32,000 nt of DNA from Okeania sp. (GCF_035285525.1 NZ_JAYKGW010000162.1:47353-79352); one strand, 5' to 3'. Shown: positions 1 to 9,849, counted from the stretch's first letter. The notes: a model not told the origin generated them from the letters alone. A program made the numbers and translations.

Positions 1-653
1 TAGAAGAAATTTTGGTAAAAAACTTACAAGCCTGTAGAGTAAGTGTAGGATGGGATTTTCGTTTTGGTAGGAATAGGGCAGGAAATACAAAAGATTTACA
101 AGCGATCGCTAATAATTACAATATAGATGTGACAATAGTACCTTTATATAGTTGTGAAAATGGGGAACGTATTAGTAGTTCAATAATTCGTCAAGCTTTA
201 GAAGCAGGAGACCTGAAAAAATCAAATCGTTTATTAGGTCGCCCTTACAGTTTAGTTGGTGAAGTAGTTCAGGGACAAAAATTAGGTAGAAAATTAGGAT
301 TTCCCACAGCAAATCTCCAGTTACCGCCACAAAAGATTTTACCTTGTTTTGGAGTTTATGCTGTAGAAGTCTATATTTCTAGTGAGAAGCAACCTCAAGA
401 AATATTTTCAGGCGATCGCCCCTACATGGGTGTGATGAATATTGGTTGTCGTCCGACATTAAATGGTTTAGATCCAACTGTGGAAGTTCATATATTAGAT
501 TGGTCTCAAGATTTATATGGTAAAACTTTAACTGTAAATTTGATAGAATTTTTGCGACCCGAACAAAAGTTTGCTTCTCTAGATTTACTAAAGGCTCAAA
601 TAAATGAAGATTGTCAAGGTGCTAGAAATATACTGAGAAATCAAACTAAGTAA
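1..653 (+). CDS. ribF: Bifunctional riboflavin kinase/FMN adenylyltransferase RibF, C-terminal part (5' end lies outside the window)
   Basis: Frame 3 is open from the window edge to TAA at 651-653. GRKLGFPTANLQ, GVYAVEV, MGVMNIGCRPT and VEVHILDW match the riboflavin-kinase half of RibF. The listed start at 12 is an internal TTG, not the true start. Confidence 0.85.
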   Translation, partial: EEILVKNLQACRVSVGWDFRFGRNRAGNTKDLQAIANNYNIDVTIVPLYSCENGERISSSIIRQALEAGDLKKSNRLLGRPYSLVGEVVQGQKLGRKLGFPTANLQLPPQKILPCFGVYAVEVYISSEKQPQEIFSGDRPYMGVMNIGCRPTLNGLDPTVEVHILDWSQDLYGKTLTVNLIEFLRPEQKFASLDLLKAQINEDCQGARNILRNQTK

Positions 654-1104
654 TTATGCCAAATAAATTTCTAGTTGTAGAGTAGGATTGTTATAGTTAT
701 AAGAAATCATTCCTGAGAAAAAATTGTAGGGATTTGGTCTCTAAATCTTTTGGGGTTTGGTCTCCCAACCCCAACCCAAACCATCAAATATTACAACCTA
801 TTTAAGGCTAGAAAAAGTGCAACTTTTTCAGATAAAATTACCAAAAAGTTAAGGTTTTAAACAAACCATCAAAAAATCAAGGAACAATTATTCCCTCTAC
901 TATCTCTTTCTTCTCATCCTTCCCAAATTTCCCAAACTTCCCACACTCTGTTTTATTGAACAAACCCTATGATAGAATTTTGTTTGAGAATAGGTATAGG
1001 TTATAGTTTTTGCTGGAAATGATCAACTTTTTGATTATCTTTCATCTGGCATTACTGGCCTTCCGAAATCTCTCTACATTAAATTCCTATTTTGGAGGTC
1101 AATC

Positions 1105-1368
1105 ATGTCGGTTTACGTCGGAAATCTTTCCTACGATGCAACAGATGAAGATATAGAGAACGTCTTTGCTGAATATGGTACAGTTAAACGAGTTCAAGTT
1201 CCTAATGATCGGGAAACAGGTCGTGTTCGGGGCTTTGCTTTTGTAGAAATGGAAACTGAAGATGAAGAAGCAGCAGCAATAGAAGCACTGGATGGTGTTG
1301 AATTTATGGGACGTAATCTCAAAGTTAATAAGGCCAGGCCACGAGAAGAACGAGGCGGTAGAAGATAG
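1105..1368 (+). CDS. Cyanobacterial RRM-type RNA-binding protein (Rbp), short form without a Gly-rich tail
   Basis: Single RRM with RNP2 VYVGNL and RNP1 [14 protein letters not shown] Shine-Dalgarno lies 6 nt upstream of the ATG. 87 aa. Confidence 0.9.
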   Translation: MSVYVGNLSYDATDEDIENVFAEYGTVKRVQVPNDRETGRVRGFAFVEMETEDEEAAAIEALDGVEFMGRNLKVNKARPREERGGRR

Positions 1369-1720
1369 GGGTATTCTGGTGAATATTAACTATGAGACAT
1401 TTCCAATAATCAAAAATAAAATCAATTATCACCCAGAAATTATTAATTATTTCCTCTGATTTCTTATTTTATAGAGATATTTATTAAGGAATGGGCGACC
1501 TATAGAAATTGTTTTTGTAATGGTGATTTTGATGAATCTTTCCCAAACTTTTCCGCTGAAAAGTTAAGATTTGAGACCCAATTATTTTCATAATTTGTGT
1601 TAGTTAAATGAGATTTAATTCAAGGGAGCGGAATTTTTTTCTAAGTGCTCCCTGTTTCCTGTTTCCTGTTATATGATTTTTTTTGATGAGTATAGCGATC
1701 GCGCTGATATTTTAAGTATT

Positions 1721-1839
1721 ACAAGGCTAAAGCCATGAGGAAAGAAATTTTCTTGGCTTGAGATTGCTATCCTGACGGACTGCTTCGCAAACGCACCTCG
1801 CGGGCAATGACAGAAATAGGTTGCGCGTGCGTAAGTCCT
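1721..1839. mobile_element. MITE-like GC-rich element, short copy of the element at 25526-25673
   Basis: It shares acaggactaaagccatgagga...ggcttgagattgctatcctgac...gcaatgacagaaataggttgcgcgtgcgtaagtcct with the second copy. Its ends resemble the AGGACTTACGC terminal motif seen elsewhere in the window. Confidence 0.6.
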
Positions 1840-1929
1840 ATATTATATGAAATTAGCTTTATTAGCCTCATTATCAATTATCCATTATCAATTCTTTCTC
1901 CCTATTCCTAGCGCTATATTAATAATTTT

Positions 1930-2838
1930 ATGAAAGAAAGTATTGAGAAACTAAAACAAAATCTTAGTCAAGCTATTGTTGGTAAGGAAGATGCTATCAA
2001 ATTAGTATTAGTAGCATTACTTTCAGGTGGTCATGTTCTTTTAGAAGATGTTCCTGGTGTAGGTAAAACTTTACTGGCAAAATCTCTAGCTTATTCTATC
2101 GCTGGAAAATTTCAGCGAATCCAATGTACTCCCGACTTACTACCGACTGATATTACTGGTACTAATATTTGGAACCCCAGCAGTGGAGAATTTCAATTTT
2201 TACCTGGTCCGGTGTTTGCAAATGTATTATTGACAGATGAAATTAATCGTGCTACTCCCCGTACTCAGTCTGCTCTTTTGGAAGTGATGGAGGAAAAACA
2301 GGTGACAGTAGATGGGGTTTCCCGTTCTGTTCCTAATCCATTTTTTGTGATTGCAACTCAGAATCCTATTGAGTATCAGGGGACATTTCCCCTACCGGAA
2401 GCACAAATGGATCGTTTTACTTTGTCTCTGACATTAGGTTATCCTACAGAGTCGGAAGAACTTCAGATGCTAAAAAGAATTTCTGAAGGTTCCGAGGTTA
2501 GTCAGTTAAAAGCTTGTATTACTTTGGAGGAAGTAAAAGAGTTGCGTCGTTTGTGTAGTTTGGTAAAAGTAGATGAGTCATTGCAAAAGTATATTCTGAG
2601 GTTGGTGAGAGCAACTAGGGAAGATGAGGACATTACCCTCGGTGTTAGTCCTCGTGGAACAGTTGCTTTACTTCGAGCAACTCAAGCTTTGGCATTTCTG
2701 ACGGGAAGAGATTATGGTATTCCTGATGATGTCAAGTTTCTGGTTCCCTATGTACTTTGTCATCGCTTGATTCCAGCAGGGGGAAAACTTAGTCAAACAA
2801 TAGTGGAAAGATTACTCAGTTCTGTTACGGTGTCCTAA
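1930..2838 (+). CDS. MoxR-family AAA+ ATPase
   Basis: Walker A GVPGVGKT, Walker B LLTDEINR, and sensor region PNPFFVIATQNP..G.FPLPEAQ.DRF typical of MoxR/RavA-like ATPases. 302 aa. Confidence 0.9.
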   Translation: MKESIEKLKQNLSQAIVGKEDAIKLVLVALLSGGHVLLEDVPGVGKTLLAKSLAYSIAGKFQRIQCTPDLLPTDITGTNIWNPSSGEFQFLPGPVFANVLLTDEINRATPRTQSALLEVMEEKQVTVDGVSRSVPNPFFVIATQNPIEYQGTFPLPEAQMDRFTLSLTLGYPTESEELQMLKRISEGSEVSQLKACITLEEVKELRRLCSLVKVDESLQKYILRLVRATREDEDITLGVSPRGTVALLRATQALAFLTGRDYGIPDDVKFLVPYVLCHRLIPAGGKLSQTIVERLLSSVTVS

Positions 2839-2843
2839 CCCAG

Positions 2844-3001
2844 TGTAACACAGCATTCCCGACTGTAACAACCAAGATGGTTGTGTTACGACTCATGACT
2901 GTAACACAGTATTCCCGGCTGTAACAACCAAGATGGTTGTGTTACGACTCATAAATGTAACACAGCATTCCCGGCTGTAACAACCAAGATGGTTGTGTTA
3001 C
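2844..3001. repeat. Tandem repeat, 56-bp unit x 2.8 copies, each unit hairpin-forming
   Basis: Units start at 2844, 2900 and 2956 (tgtaacacagcattcccgGctgtaacaaccaagatggttgtgttacgactcatgac), with only about 4 substitutions between units. Each unit carries gtaacaacc/ggttgtgttac and GTGTTAC-N11-GTAACAC inverted repeats. Confidence 0.9.
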
Positions 3002-3037
3002 CGAAATTGGTGTAAAATGCGTATTAACTTACTCCCT

Positions 3038-4366
3038 CTATAAACTTTTCTGTTTATCCCTAGCAAATTTCAATAAATTTTGAGCTTCTTGATAATAAGT
3101 TGTTCCTGGTTTCACATTCTCTAATTCATTAATAATAGATTGAATCGTACCAGCAAGTAAACCCTGGTTAGGATCGTCATCGCGAGCATACTTTTGCCAA
3201 TCTGCTATCAAATTTTTAGCTTTGTTAAAAGCTTTCTCTGACTCTTGTTGTAATTGTATGCGGAGTTTCGTATTAGCTAGATTAACTTTATATTCGGCTA
3301 ATTTTTTCTGTGCTTCCAAATAATTAGGGTTATCTGCTGGTATTTTCTCCAACTGACTAACTGCTTGTTCCCATAAAGTCGCCACCAGTTGCCACTGTTG
3401 TTCTAGATGGGGACCATTTTGAGCAGCTTTAGCTGCTTCAAAACCAAATTTTTTAGCTACTTCCATGAGATTGAAACTATGCTGACTTCCCTCAGCTAAA
3501 CCTGCTTCTTTTTGGAAATCTCGCTTAGTAGCTGCCAATTTAGGTTTTACCATTTCTCCAGCGAGAGTAGTAGGTGGAATTTGTTCTAATTTATCTATTG
3601 CTCTTTGCCACTGAGCGATCGCTTGTTGTTTTTCTGTAAGAGTTGTTGTTTGCTGATACTGTTGTTTAGATATTTCAATAGTTTTTTCTGCTTCTTGTAA
3701 CAATGTTTGAGCATTTTTTTCTTGAAACGCTTTTGCTTCAATTTTTCCTACTCTTTTTCTGGCAGTTTCAAATTCATCTAGGGTGAATTTCCAAGAACAA
3801 CTAAAGAAGGTACAATACCCTTGGGGATAGTAACCTAAAAACCAAACTGGTAATTGATCTAAGTGTTTTTGTGCTTCAGTAACTTTTTCGGTTCCCAAGT
3901 TAATATCAGCGTTAGAAGTTGCTTGATTAATTAGTTGATCTGCTTGTTCAATTTTAGCGATCGCCTCTCGATAATTACGATCCATATTTATATAGCTTGG
4001 TAACAAAATTATTGGTGCTATTTTTGCCACAGGTTTACGAATCATAGGATAGGGTAAATTTGCTACCCAAACTATTCCTATTATTCCTACTAATGTGGGA
4101 GGTATCCAAGCAATTTTCGTCAATATTCCTGGTGGTTTATTTGCCTTAGCTGCTTTCTGAATAACTGTGTCACTAAAATTAGGAAATTGGTCTTTTATTA
4201 TATGGTTTAACTCTTCTGCTTTGAGGGGTTCTCCTGATTGCAATAGTAACTTATCCAATCTTCTTATTACTATATCTTTTCCTACTTGCCCAACCAAATC
4301 TTCTTGGGCGCATTTGTTAATTTCTACTTCTAATATTTTATAGGCTCGGTTATATAAACGTAACAT
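3038..4366 (-). CDS. Hypothetical membrane-anchored helical-repeat protein
   Basis: 442-aa ORF with an ATG start. Hydrophobic segments ILTKIAWIPPTLVGIIGIVWVANL and VAKIAPIILLPSYI follow an N-terminal region of about 85 aa. The C-terminal 300 aa is Q/K/E-rich with about three W-x2-A-[IV]-x2-L-E-x-IP...Y-x2-A repeats. I recognise no named family. Confidence 0.7.
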   Translation of the reverse strand: MLRLYNRAYKILEVEINKCAQEDLVGQVGKDIVIRRLDKLLLQSGEPLKAEELNHIIKDQFPNFSDTVIQKAAKANKPPGILTKIAWIPPTLVGIIGIVWVANLPYPMIRKPVAKIAPIILLPSYINMDRNYREAIAKIEQADQLINQATSNADINLGTEKVTEAQKHLDQLPVWFLGYYPQGYCTFFSCSWKFTLDEFETARKRVGKIEAKAFQEKNAQTLLQEAEKTIEISKQQYQQTTTLTEKQQAIAQWQRAIDKLEQIPPTTLAGEMVKPKLAATKRDFQKEAGLAEGSQHSFNLMEVAKKFGFEAAKAAQNGPHLEQQWQLVATLWEQAVSQLEKIPADNPNYLEAQKKLAEYKVNLANTKLRIQLQQESEKAFNKAKNLIADWQKYARDDDPNQGLLAGTIQSIINELENVKPGTTYYQEAQNLLKFARDKQKSL

Positions 4367-4474
4367 ATTTTTAGTTATAGATTACTACCTTTTTTAGTTT
4401 AAGCCTAATTTGTTTATTAGTCATTAGAAAAAATCAGGAAAGTAGTAGACTGTTTTATTTAAAATTATGCAATA

Positions 4475-4536
4475 GTAGGGGCAGGTTTTAGCTATAATTG
4501 TAATGCTTATTATAGGATTTATATAAACCCGCCCTA
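4475..4536. repeat. Long hairpin element of the GTAGGGGCGGGTTT...AAACCCGCCC family
   Basis: gtaggggcaggtttt at 4475 pairs with aaacccgcccta at 4525-4536. Related copies occur at 31902-31962, with a further start at 31986. Confidence 0.6.
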
Positions 4537-4699
4537 ATGCACAAAAAAATTAGATGTGTCAGCTATTGGTAGGGTGTGTTTTGCTACGGGACATATAAAG
4601 CCTATCTCGTAACTGAGCAATACTCCATATATAGTGCCTTTGCGTAAGTCCTGATTTATATAAACCCGCCCTAATGCACAAAAAAATTAGATGTGTCAG
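4516..4699. repeat. 137-bp tandem duplication (1.34 copies): identical 47-bp direct repeats flanking a 90-bp MITE-like insert
   Basis: gatttatataaacccgccctaatgcacaaaaaaattagatgtgtcag occurs at 4516-4562 and again at 4653-4699. The insert at 4563-4652 ends in tgcgtaagtcct. Confidence 0.85.
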
Positions 4700-4816
4700 T
4701 TTACTACTAGACTGTAAAATATTGTATTAGGCAGTAGGGAAGTAGGAGAGAGATATTATTGTTGGGTTTCGTTCCTCAACCCAACCTAAATCGACTACAA
4801 AATTTCAGCTGAGTAT

Positions 4817-6196
4817 TTACCGAAAAATTATTTTTTTAATCAAACCAACTTTATTTTTATAAGGAGCATATCGGATGTTTAAATCTAACCATAATCCCCT
4901 CTTCAACACACTTTTATAGTGAGAAAAAGTATCAAAACTAGCTTTGCCATGATAACTACCAATACCACTATTTCCTACACCTCCAAATGGTAAAGATGGC
5001 ACTGCAAATTGCACTACAGTATCGTTAATACAAACATTTCCTGAAGAAGTTTCTCTTAAAATTTGCTCTTGTTTTTGTTTATTTAGAGAAAAAAAGTAAA
5101 GAGATAAAGGTTGAGGACGAGAATTAATCTGAGCGATCGCTTCATCTAAGTTTTCATATTCTAAAACAGGCAAAATAGGTCCGAAAATTTCTGACTGCAT
5201 AATTGCCGAATCCCAATTAATTCCATCAACAATTGTCGGAGAAATATAACGTTCTTTTGAATTAATTTCACCACCAATAATAATTTTTCCTTCTTGTAAA
5301 AAATCATTTAATCTATTAAATTGCTTTTCATTAATTATTCGACAATAATCAGGACTATCAGCCGGATTTTCACCATAAAACTCTTTAATAAATTGTTTAA
5401 TTTTTTCCAATAAATCAGATTTAACCGATTTATTTACTAACAAATAATCAGGAGCAACACAAGTTTGACCAGCATTAATAAATTTTCCCCAAGTAATACG
5501 TTTTGCCGTATATTCTAATTGAATATTATCATCAACAATACAAGGACTTTTGCCTCCTAATTCCAAAGTTACAGGAGTGAGGTTTTTGGCAGCAGCTTCC
5601 ATAACTATTTTGCCTACCTTTGTTCCTCCAGTAAAGAAAATATAGTCAAATTTTTCTGCTAATAACTGTTGACTTATTTCCACTCCTCCGGTAATAGCAG
5701 CAATATAATTAGAATCAAAAGTCTTAGTAATTAAATCGGCAACAACCTCAGAGGTATTAACAGCTATTTCCGAAGGTTTAATAATCCCACAATTTCCAGC
5801 AGCGATCGCTCCTAATAAAGGAGATATTACTAATTGAAAAGGATAATTCCAAGCACCAATAATTAATACTATTCCTAGAGGTTCTGGATAGATTTTCGCT
5901 CCAGCAGGAAATTGTTCGATAGGAGTAGAAACTCTTCTCGGTTTTGCCCAAGATTTTAGTTTTTTAATGGCATCATTTATTTCTGTAAAAAAAGTCAGTT
6001 CAAAATAAGCTTCAAATTTTGGTCTATTCAAATCTGCTTTAACAGCAGCAGCTATTTTTTCTTGATAATTTGAAACTGCCTTTTTTAACTTTTTTAGTTG
6101 TTCTATTCTAAACTCAATATTTTTAGTTTTTCCTGTAGCAAAAAATTGACGTTGTTGGTTTAATATTTTGGTGATAGATGATTGTTCTAAAGACAT
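4817..6196 (-). CDS. NAD(P)-dependent aldehyde dehydrogenase, class-3 (fatty/aromatic aldehyde) type
   Basis: 459 aa. Catalytic Glu motif LELGGKSP, catalytic Cys motif GQTCVAPDY, and the C-terminal FGGVGNSGIGSYHG motif typical of ALDH3-like enzymes. Confidence 0.9.
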   Translation of the reverse strand: MSLEQSSITKILNQQRQFFATGKTKNIEFRIEQLKKLKKAVSNYQEKIAAAVKADLNRPKFEAYFELTFFTEINDAIKKLKSWAKPRRVSTPIEQFPAGAKIYPEPLGIVLIIGAWNYPFQLVISPLLGAIAAGNCGIIKPSEIAVNTSEVVADLITKTFDSNYIAAITGGVEISQQLLAEKFDYIFFTGGTKVGKIVMEAAAKNLTPVTLELGGKSPCIVDDNIQLEYTAKRITWGKFINAGQTCVAPDYLLVNKSVKSDLLEKIKQFIKEFYGENPADSPDYCRIINEKQFNRLNDFLQEGKIIIGGEINSKERYISPTIVDGINWDSAIMQSEIFGPILPVLEYENLDEAIAQINSRPQPLSLYFFSLNKQKQEQILRETSSGNVCINDTVVQFAVPSLPFGGVGNSGIGSYHGKASFDTFSHYKSVLKRGLWLDLNIRYAPYKNKVGLIKKIIFR

Positions 6197-6440
6197 ATTT
6201 TTAATTGATATTTAGCGGTCATATCAAGCCCAATAAAAATGAACTTCGATATAGAAATCTTAAATGATTTCTGAAAAAAACTGTAGGGGTTTGGTTTCCA
6301 AATCCCCAAAATAAAATGTTATAGCGCTGTGGGCAGGGAACAGGGAAGGGAAGGAATAAATTGCTTATAAGACAGATTTTAGCTATTGGACAGTTCCTGT
6401 GATTTGTAAATATTAAGTGCGCACATTGCTATAGAAAGAA

Positions 6441-6462
6441 GCCAAGGATTTTAATCCTTGGC
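6441..6462 (-). terminator. Candidate intrinsic terminator downstream of relA/spoT
   Basis: gccaagga-ttttaa-tccttggc forms an 8-bp GC-containing stem. On the minus strand it is followed by TTCTTTCT. It lies 100 nt past the spoT stop. Confidence 0.35.
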
Positions 6463-6562
6463 TCAAAGCTAAAGTCATCTTAAGATGACTAATATCCATT
6501 ATTAATTATTAACTATTAGTTAGATGACTAATATTCATTATTAATTAGTCATTATTAATTAA

Positions 6563-8812
6563 TTATTCCGCCTGACTAATACGACGGAGACTCAAAAAAT
6601 CACTCAGATTTTTAATCTGAGTACAACTCCGTTCAAATTGTTGGCGATCGCTCACTTCAATACATAAATTAATCATCGCCGGATGACCAGGATTTGTTTT
6701 AACTTCAGCATTTTTCACATTAATATTATTATCCATTAAACGAGATAAAATATCTTTCAGAACACCCACTCTATCTATAACTTCAATAGAGATATTAACC
6801 GGATAAGTTTTAGGTCGTCCCTGATTTTCATTAGCAGTATTCCAACTAACAGGAACCAACCTTTCTCCAGGTACACCTTCCACATTATAACAACCTTGAC
6901 GATGAATAGAAATACCATTCATACGAGTGACAGAACCAATAATAGATTCACCTGGAATTGGATTACAACAACCTGCTAAATGATACATTAACCCTTCCAC
7001 TCCAGCAATAGGATGATAATTATTAGGAGAAGAAGTTTGAGTAGACTTGTTTAAATATTTTTGTGAATAAATATCTGAATTTTGCTCAACTTGGGTTACT
7101 TCTTTAGAGGCATCTCGTAAACGATTAACTACTAAATTTAAAGTTATTTCACCGTATCCTAAACCTGCCAATAAATCATCAACACTGTGATAATTTAATC
7201 TTTCAGAAACAAGTCGCATTTGCTCAGATTTAAGTAAAGATTCAAAACCTTTTTTACCCAATTCTTTTTCCAATAATTCTTTACCTCTAGCCAAATTTTC
7301 TTCTTTATGAGAACGTTTAAACCACTGACGAATTCGATTTTGCGCTCCACCAGTAACAGTAAAATTTAACCAATCTAAACTAGGATGACCGTTCTTTTGA
7401 GTCAAAATTTCTACAATATCACCATTCTTTAAAAGAGTATCTAAAGGTACTATTCTTTCATTCACTTTAGCACCTGTACAATGATTACCTATTTCTGTAT
7501 GAATACGATAAGCAAAATCTATTGGTGTCGAACCATGTTTGAGGGAAATAACATCACCTTTTGGAGTAAAAACATAAACATCATCATCAAATAAATCATC
7601 CTTAACAGTCTCCAAATATTCTCGATCATCTTTCAGGTCACTTTGCCATTCTAATAACTGTCGCAACCAAGTAAATTTTTCATCTTCAGTAGTTATTTTC
7701 ATATTACTATAACCACTTTCTTTATACTTCCAATGAGCAGCTATTCCATACTCAGCAATATGGTGCATTTCCAAAGTTCTAATTTGCACTTCTACTGGAC
7801 GATTTGTATTACCTATTACTCCTGTATGTAATGATTGATAACGATTAGGTTTTGGCAGACCAATATAGTCTTTAAATCTTCCAGGAATAGGACGGTAAGA
7901 GTCGTGAACAATAGCTAAAGAACGATAACAATCTTCATTTTTTTCTACAATAATTCTCAGTCCAGAAATATCATAAACTTCGTGAAATTCTTTCTGTTTT
8001 AAATACATCTTTCGATAAATTCCATAAAGATGTTTAGGGCGACCACTAATTTCATAATATTCTATTCCTGCTTGCTCTAATTTTCGCCGTAAATTTTCTG
8101 TCATTTCTAACAATTTAGCTTCGCGATCAGCTCGTTTATCTGCTATTAATGTTTGTATTTCTCGATAAGCATTTGGTTCCAGATATTTAAAAGATAAATC
8201 TTCTAATTCCCATTTAAAACGACCAATTCCTAAACGATTTGCTAATGGTGCAAATATTTCTCTAGTTTCTAATGCTTTACTTAATTGTTTATCGGGAGGT
8301 AAATATTCTAGAGTTCTCATATTATGTAATCTATCTGCCAACTTCACAACAATGACTCTAATATCTTTTGCCATTGCCAAAAACATGCGACGAAAATTTT
8401 CAGCTTGTAGCTCTGTTTTGCTAGAAAAATTAAATTTAGAAAGTTTAGTTACACCTTCTACTAATAAAGCTACTTTTGCACCAAATTTTTGTTCTATTTC
8501 TCCAATAGTTATATCAGTATCTTCGACAATATCATGTAGAAAACCTGCAGCAATCATGGTACTATCACCACCAAGATATTTTAATAATCCTGCCACAGCT
8601 ATAGGATGAGAAATATAGGGTTCTCCTGATTTTCGATACTGTCCTTTGTGTAACTCATAAGCAAATTCAAATGCTTGAGAAATTAATACTATATCTACTG
8701 GACAGTTGCTGATATTATCACTATTATTTCTGTGATTTATACATTCTTGCAACCAATCAGGAATTACAGATGAAATTTGAGGTTTAAGTGTTATAGTTTT
8801 TGTATCCATCAT
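6563..8812 (-). CDS. spoT: Bifunctional (p)ppGpp synthetase/hydrolase (RelA/SpoT homologue)
   Basis: 749 aa. HD hydrolase motif HDIVEDT, synthetase region GRPKHLYGIYRKM...YQSLHT, TGS region (VFTPKGDVISL) and a C-terminal ACT-like region. Confidence 0.95.
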   Translation of the reverse strand: MMDTKTITLKPQISSVIPDWLQECINHRNNSDNISNCPVDIVLISQAFEFAYELHKGQYRKSGEPYISHPIAVAGLLKYLGGDSTMIAAGFLHDIVEDTDITIGEIEQKFGAKVALLVEGVTKLSKFNFSSKTELQAENFRRMFLAMAKDIRVIVVKLADRLHNMRTLEYLPPDKQLSKALETREIFAPLANRLGIGRFKWELEDLSFKYLEPNAYREIQTLIADKRADREAKLLEMTENLRRKLEQAGIEYYEISGRPKHLYGIYRKMYLKQKEFHEVYDISGLRIIVEKNEDCYRSLAIVHDSYRPIPGRFKDYIGLPKPNRYQSLHTGVIGNTNRPVEVQIRTLEMHHIAEYGIAAHWKYKESGYSNMKITTEDEKFTWLRQLLEWQSDLKDDREYLETVKDDLFDDDVYVFTPKGDVISLKHGSTPIDFAYRIHTEIGNHCTGAKVNERIVPLDTLLKNGDIVEILTQKNGHPSLDWLNFTVTGGAQNRIRQWFKRSHKEENLARGKELLEKELGKKGFESLLKSEQMRLVSERLNYHSVDDLLAGLGYGEITLNLVVNRLRDASKEVTQVEQNSDIYSQKYLNKSTQTSSPNNYHPIAGVEGLMYHLAGCCNPIPGESIIGSVTRMNGISIHRQGCYNVEGVPGERLVPVSWNTANENQGRPKTYPVNISIEVIDRVGVLKDILSRLMDNNINVKNAEVKTNPGHPAMINLCIEVSDRQQFERSCTQIKNLSDFLSLRRISQAE

Positions 8813-8925
8813 AAGTTTTTGAGAGTTAATATTTATCAGTTTTTAACAAGCATTTAATAAGCATTCAGCCGTCAGCTATCAGCTATCAGCATTTACCGAG
8901 AAGAGATAATTATTAATTGTTAATT

Positions 8926-9028
8926 CAGGACTTACGCAGATGAACCCAGAAACCCGCTACGAGGGTAGATTATTACTGCTCAAAACAACGATTTATCCTA
9001 GAAACCGGGTTTCGCATGGGTAAGTCCT
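8926..9028. mobile_element. MITE-like element with AGGACTTACGCA-type terminal inverted repeats
   Basis: Left end caggacttacgcagatgaacccagaaacccg. Right end agaaaccgggtttcgcatgggtaagtcct. The two form imperfect TIRs of about 30 bp. Confidence 0.7.
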
Positions 9029-9140
9029 ATACAGATAATTATTAATTATTAATTATAGTAATCTTATTTCTGTTACAATATATAGGCTGTAACAATTTAA
9101 ACACTATAAATACACTCTGATACTTTAGCCCATTGTTTGT

Positions 9141-9354
9141 GTAAGCATTCAGCTATTAGCATTCAGATCTCAGCTTTTTTAAGACCTTATTCTTAAGGAC
9201 AAGGTTTAAAAATGAAGTTGGCAATAAGGTTTAATTCTGACTCTATTAATCAAGCCTTTATTACACCTTAAAAATAATAGCTGATAGCGCAGTTTCTCTG
9301 TTAGCGCAGCTACGACCCAGGAGGCAAAAAGCTGGCTGACTACTAAATGCTTAC
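9141..9354. mobile_element. MITE-like element with GTAAGCATTCAGC terminal inverted repeats
   Basis: Starts gtaagcattcagctattagc and ends gctggctgactactaaatgcttac. 214 bp with no ORF. Confidence 0.7.
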
Positions 9355-9654
9355 TTGTTTGTTGCCGATTCCCTAATTACCAAAAGGTGGCAATATTTTT
9401 ACTACTAATAAAATAGAATTGCTATAGTAGTCTTATACTATATAGTTATGGTAAATAGTGAATTAAACTTTCATTGTACCATGATTGAAAATTAAAATCA
9501 CTACTACAAATTATATTTTTGTATTTTCTTAAATAGAATAGGGAGAAATAATTAACAATTTCTAGATAATAATTTATTTTATTTTTAATTTTTGGATAAA
9601 TATAATAGGGATACACTAATGCAGGTATCTATATCAATTAAATAGTTAATAATA

Positions 9655-9849
9655 GTCAGCATTCAGCCGTCAGCTTTAAATAAAAGCTATTCTGATACGG
9701 TTCCCGATAAATCAGAAATTTTTCTGAGTACAAAATTCAGTTTTCACTTTCTTTATTCGTTTAAATCTTTTCCTTAAAGTTGAGGTTTTTATTCCTGAAT
9801 GCGAGTCGATTCCGCAGGCAAAGCTGAAACCTAATAGCTGAATACTTAC
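9655..9849. mobile_element. MITE-like element (GCATTCAGC...GCTGAATACTTAC ends) carrying the 17-nt core
   Basis: Its interior is the reverse complement of the element at 27062-27247. It contains ACGGTTCCCGATAAATC at 9697-9713. Confidence 0.75.

Noticed and set aside
2844-3001. Possible CRISPR array (also considered for 13888-13985)
   Set aside because: The units are directly abutting tandem repeats with no unique spacers. Periods of 56 and 14 bp with no spacer alternation do not fit CRISPR architecture, and no cas genes are present.
2844-3001. NsiR1-like tandem sRNA array
   Set aside because: A 56-bp period is too short to hold a promoter plus an sRNA of about 60 nt. I see no TCCGGA (DIF1-type) motif, and the context is two convergent 3' ends rather than a region upstream of hetF.
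8352-8609. 85-aa plus-strand ORF
   Set aside because: It lies entirely antisense within the well-supported relA/spoT gene. It has no recognisable motifs and is a shadow ORF.
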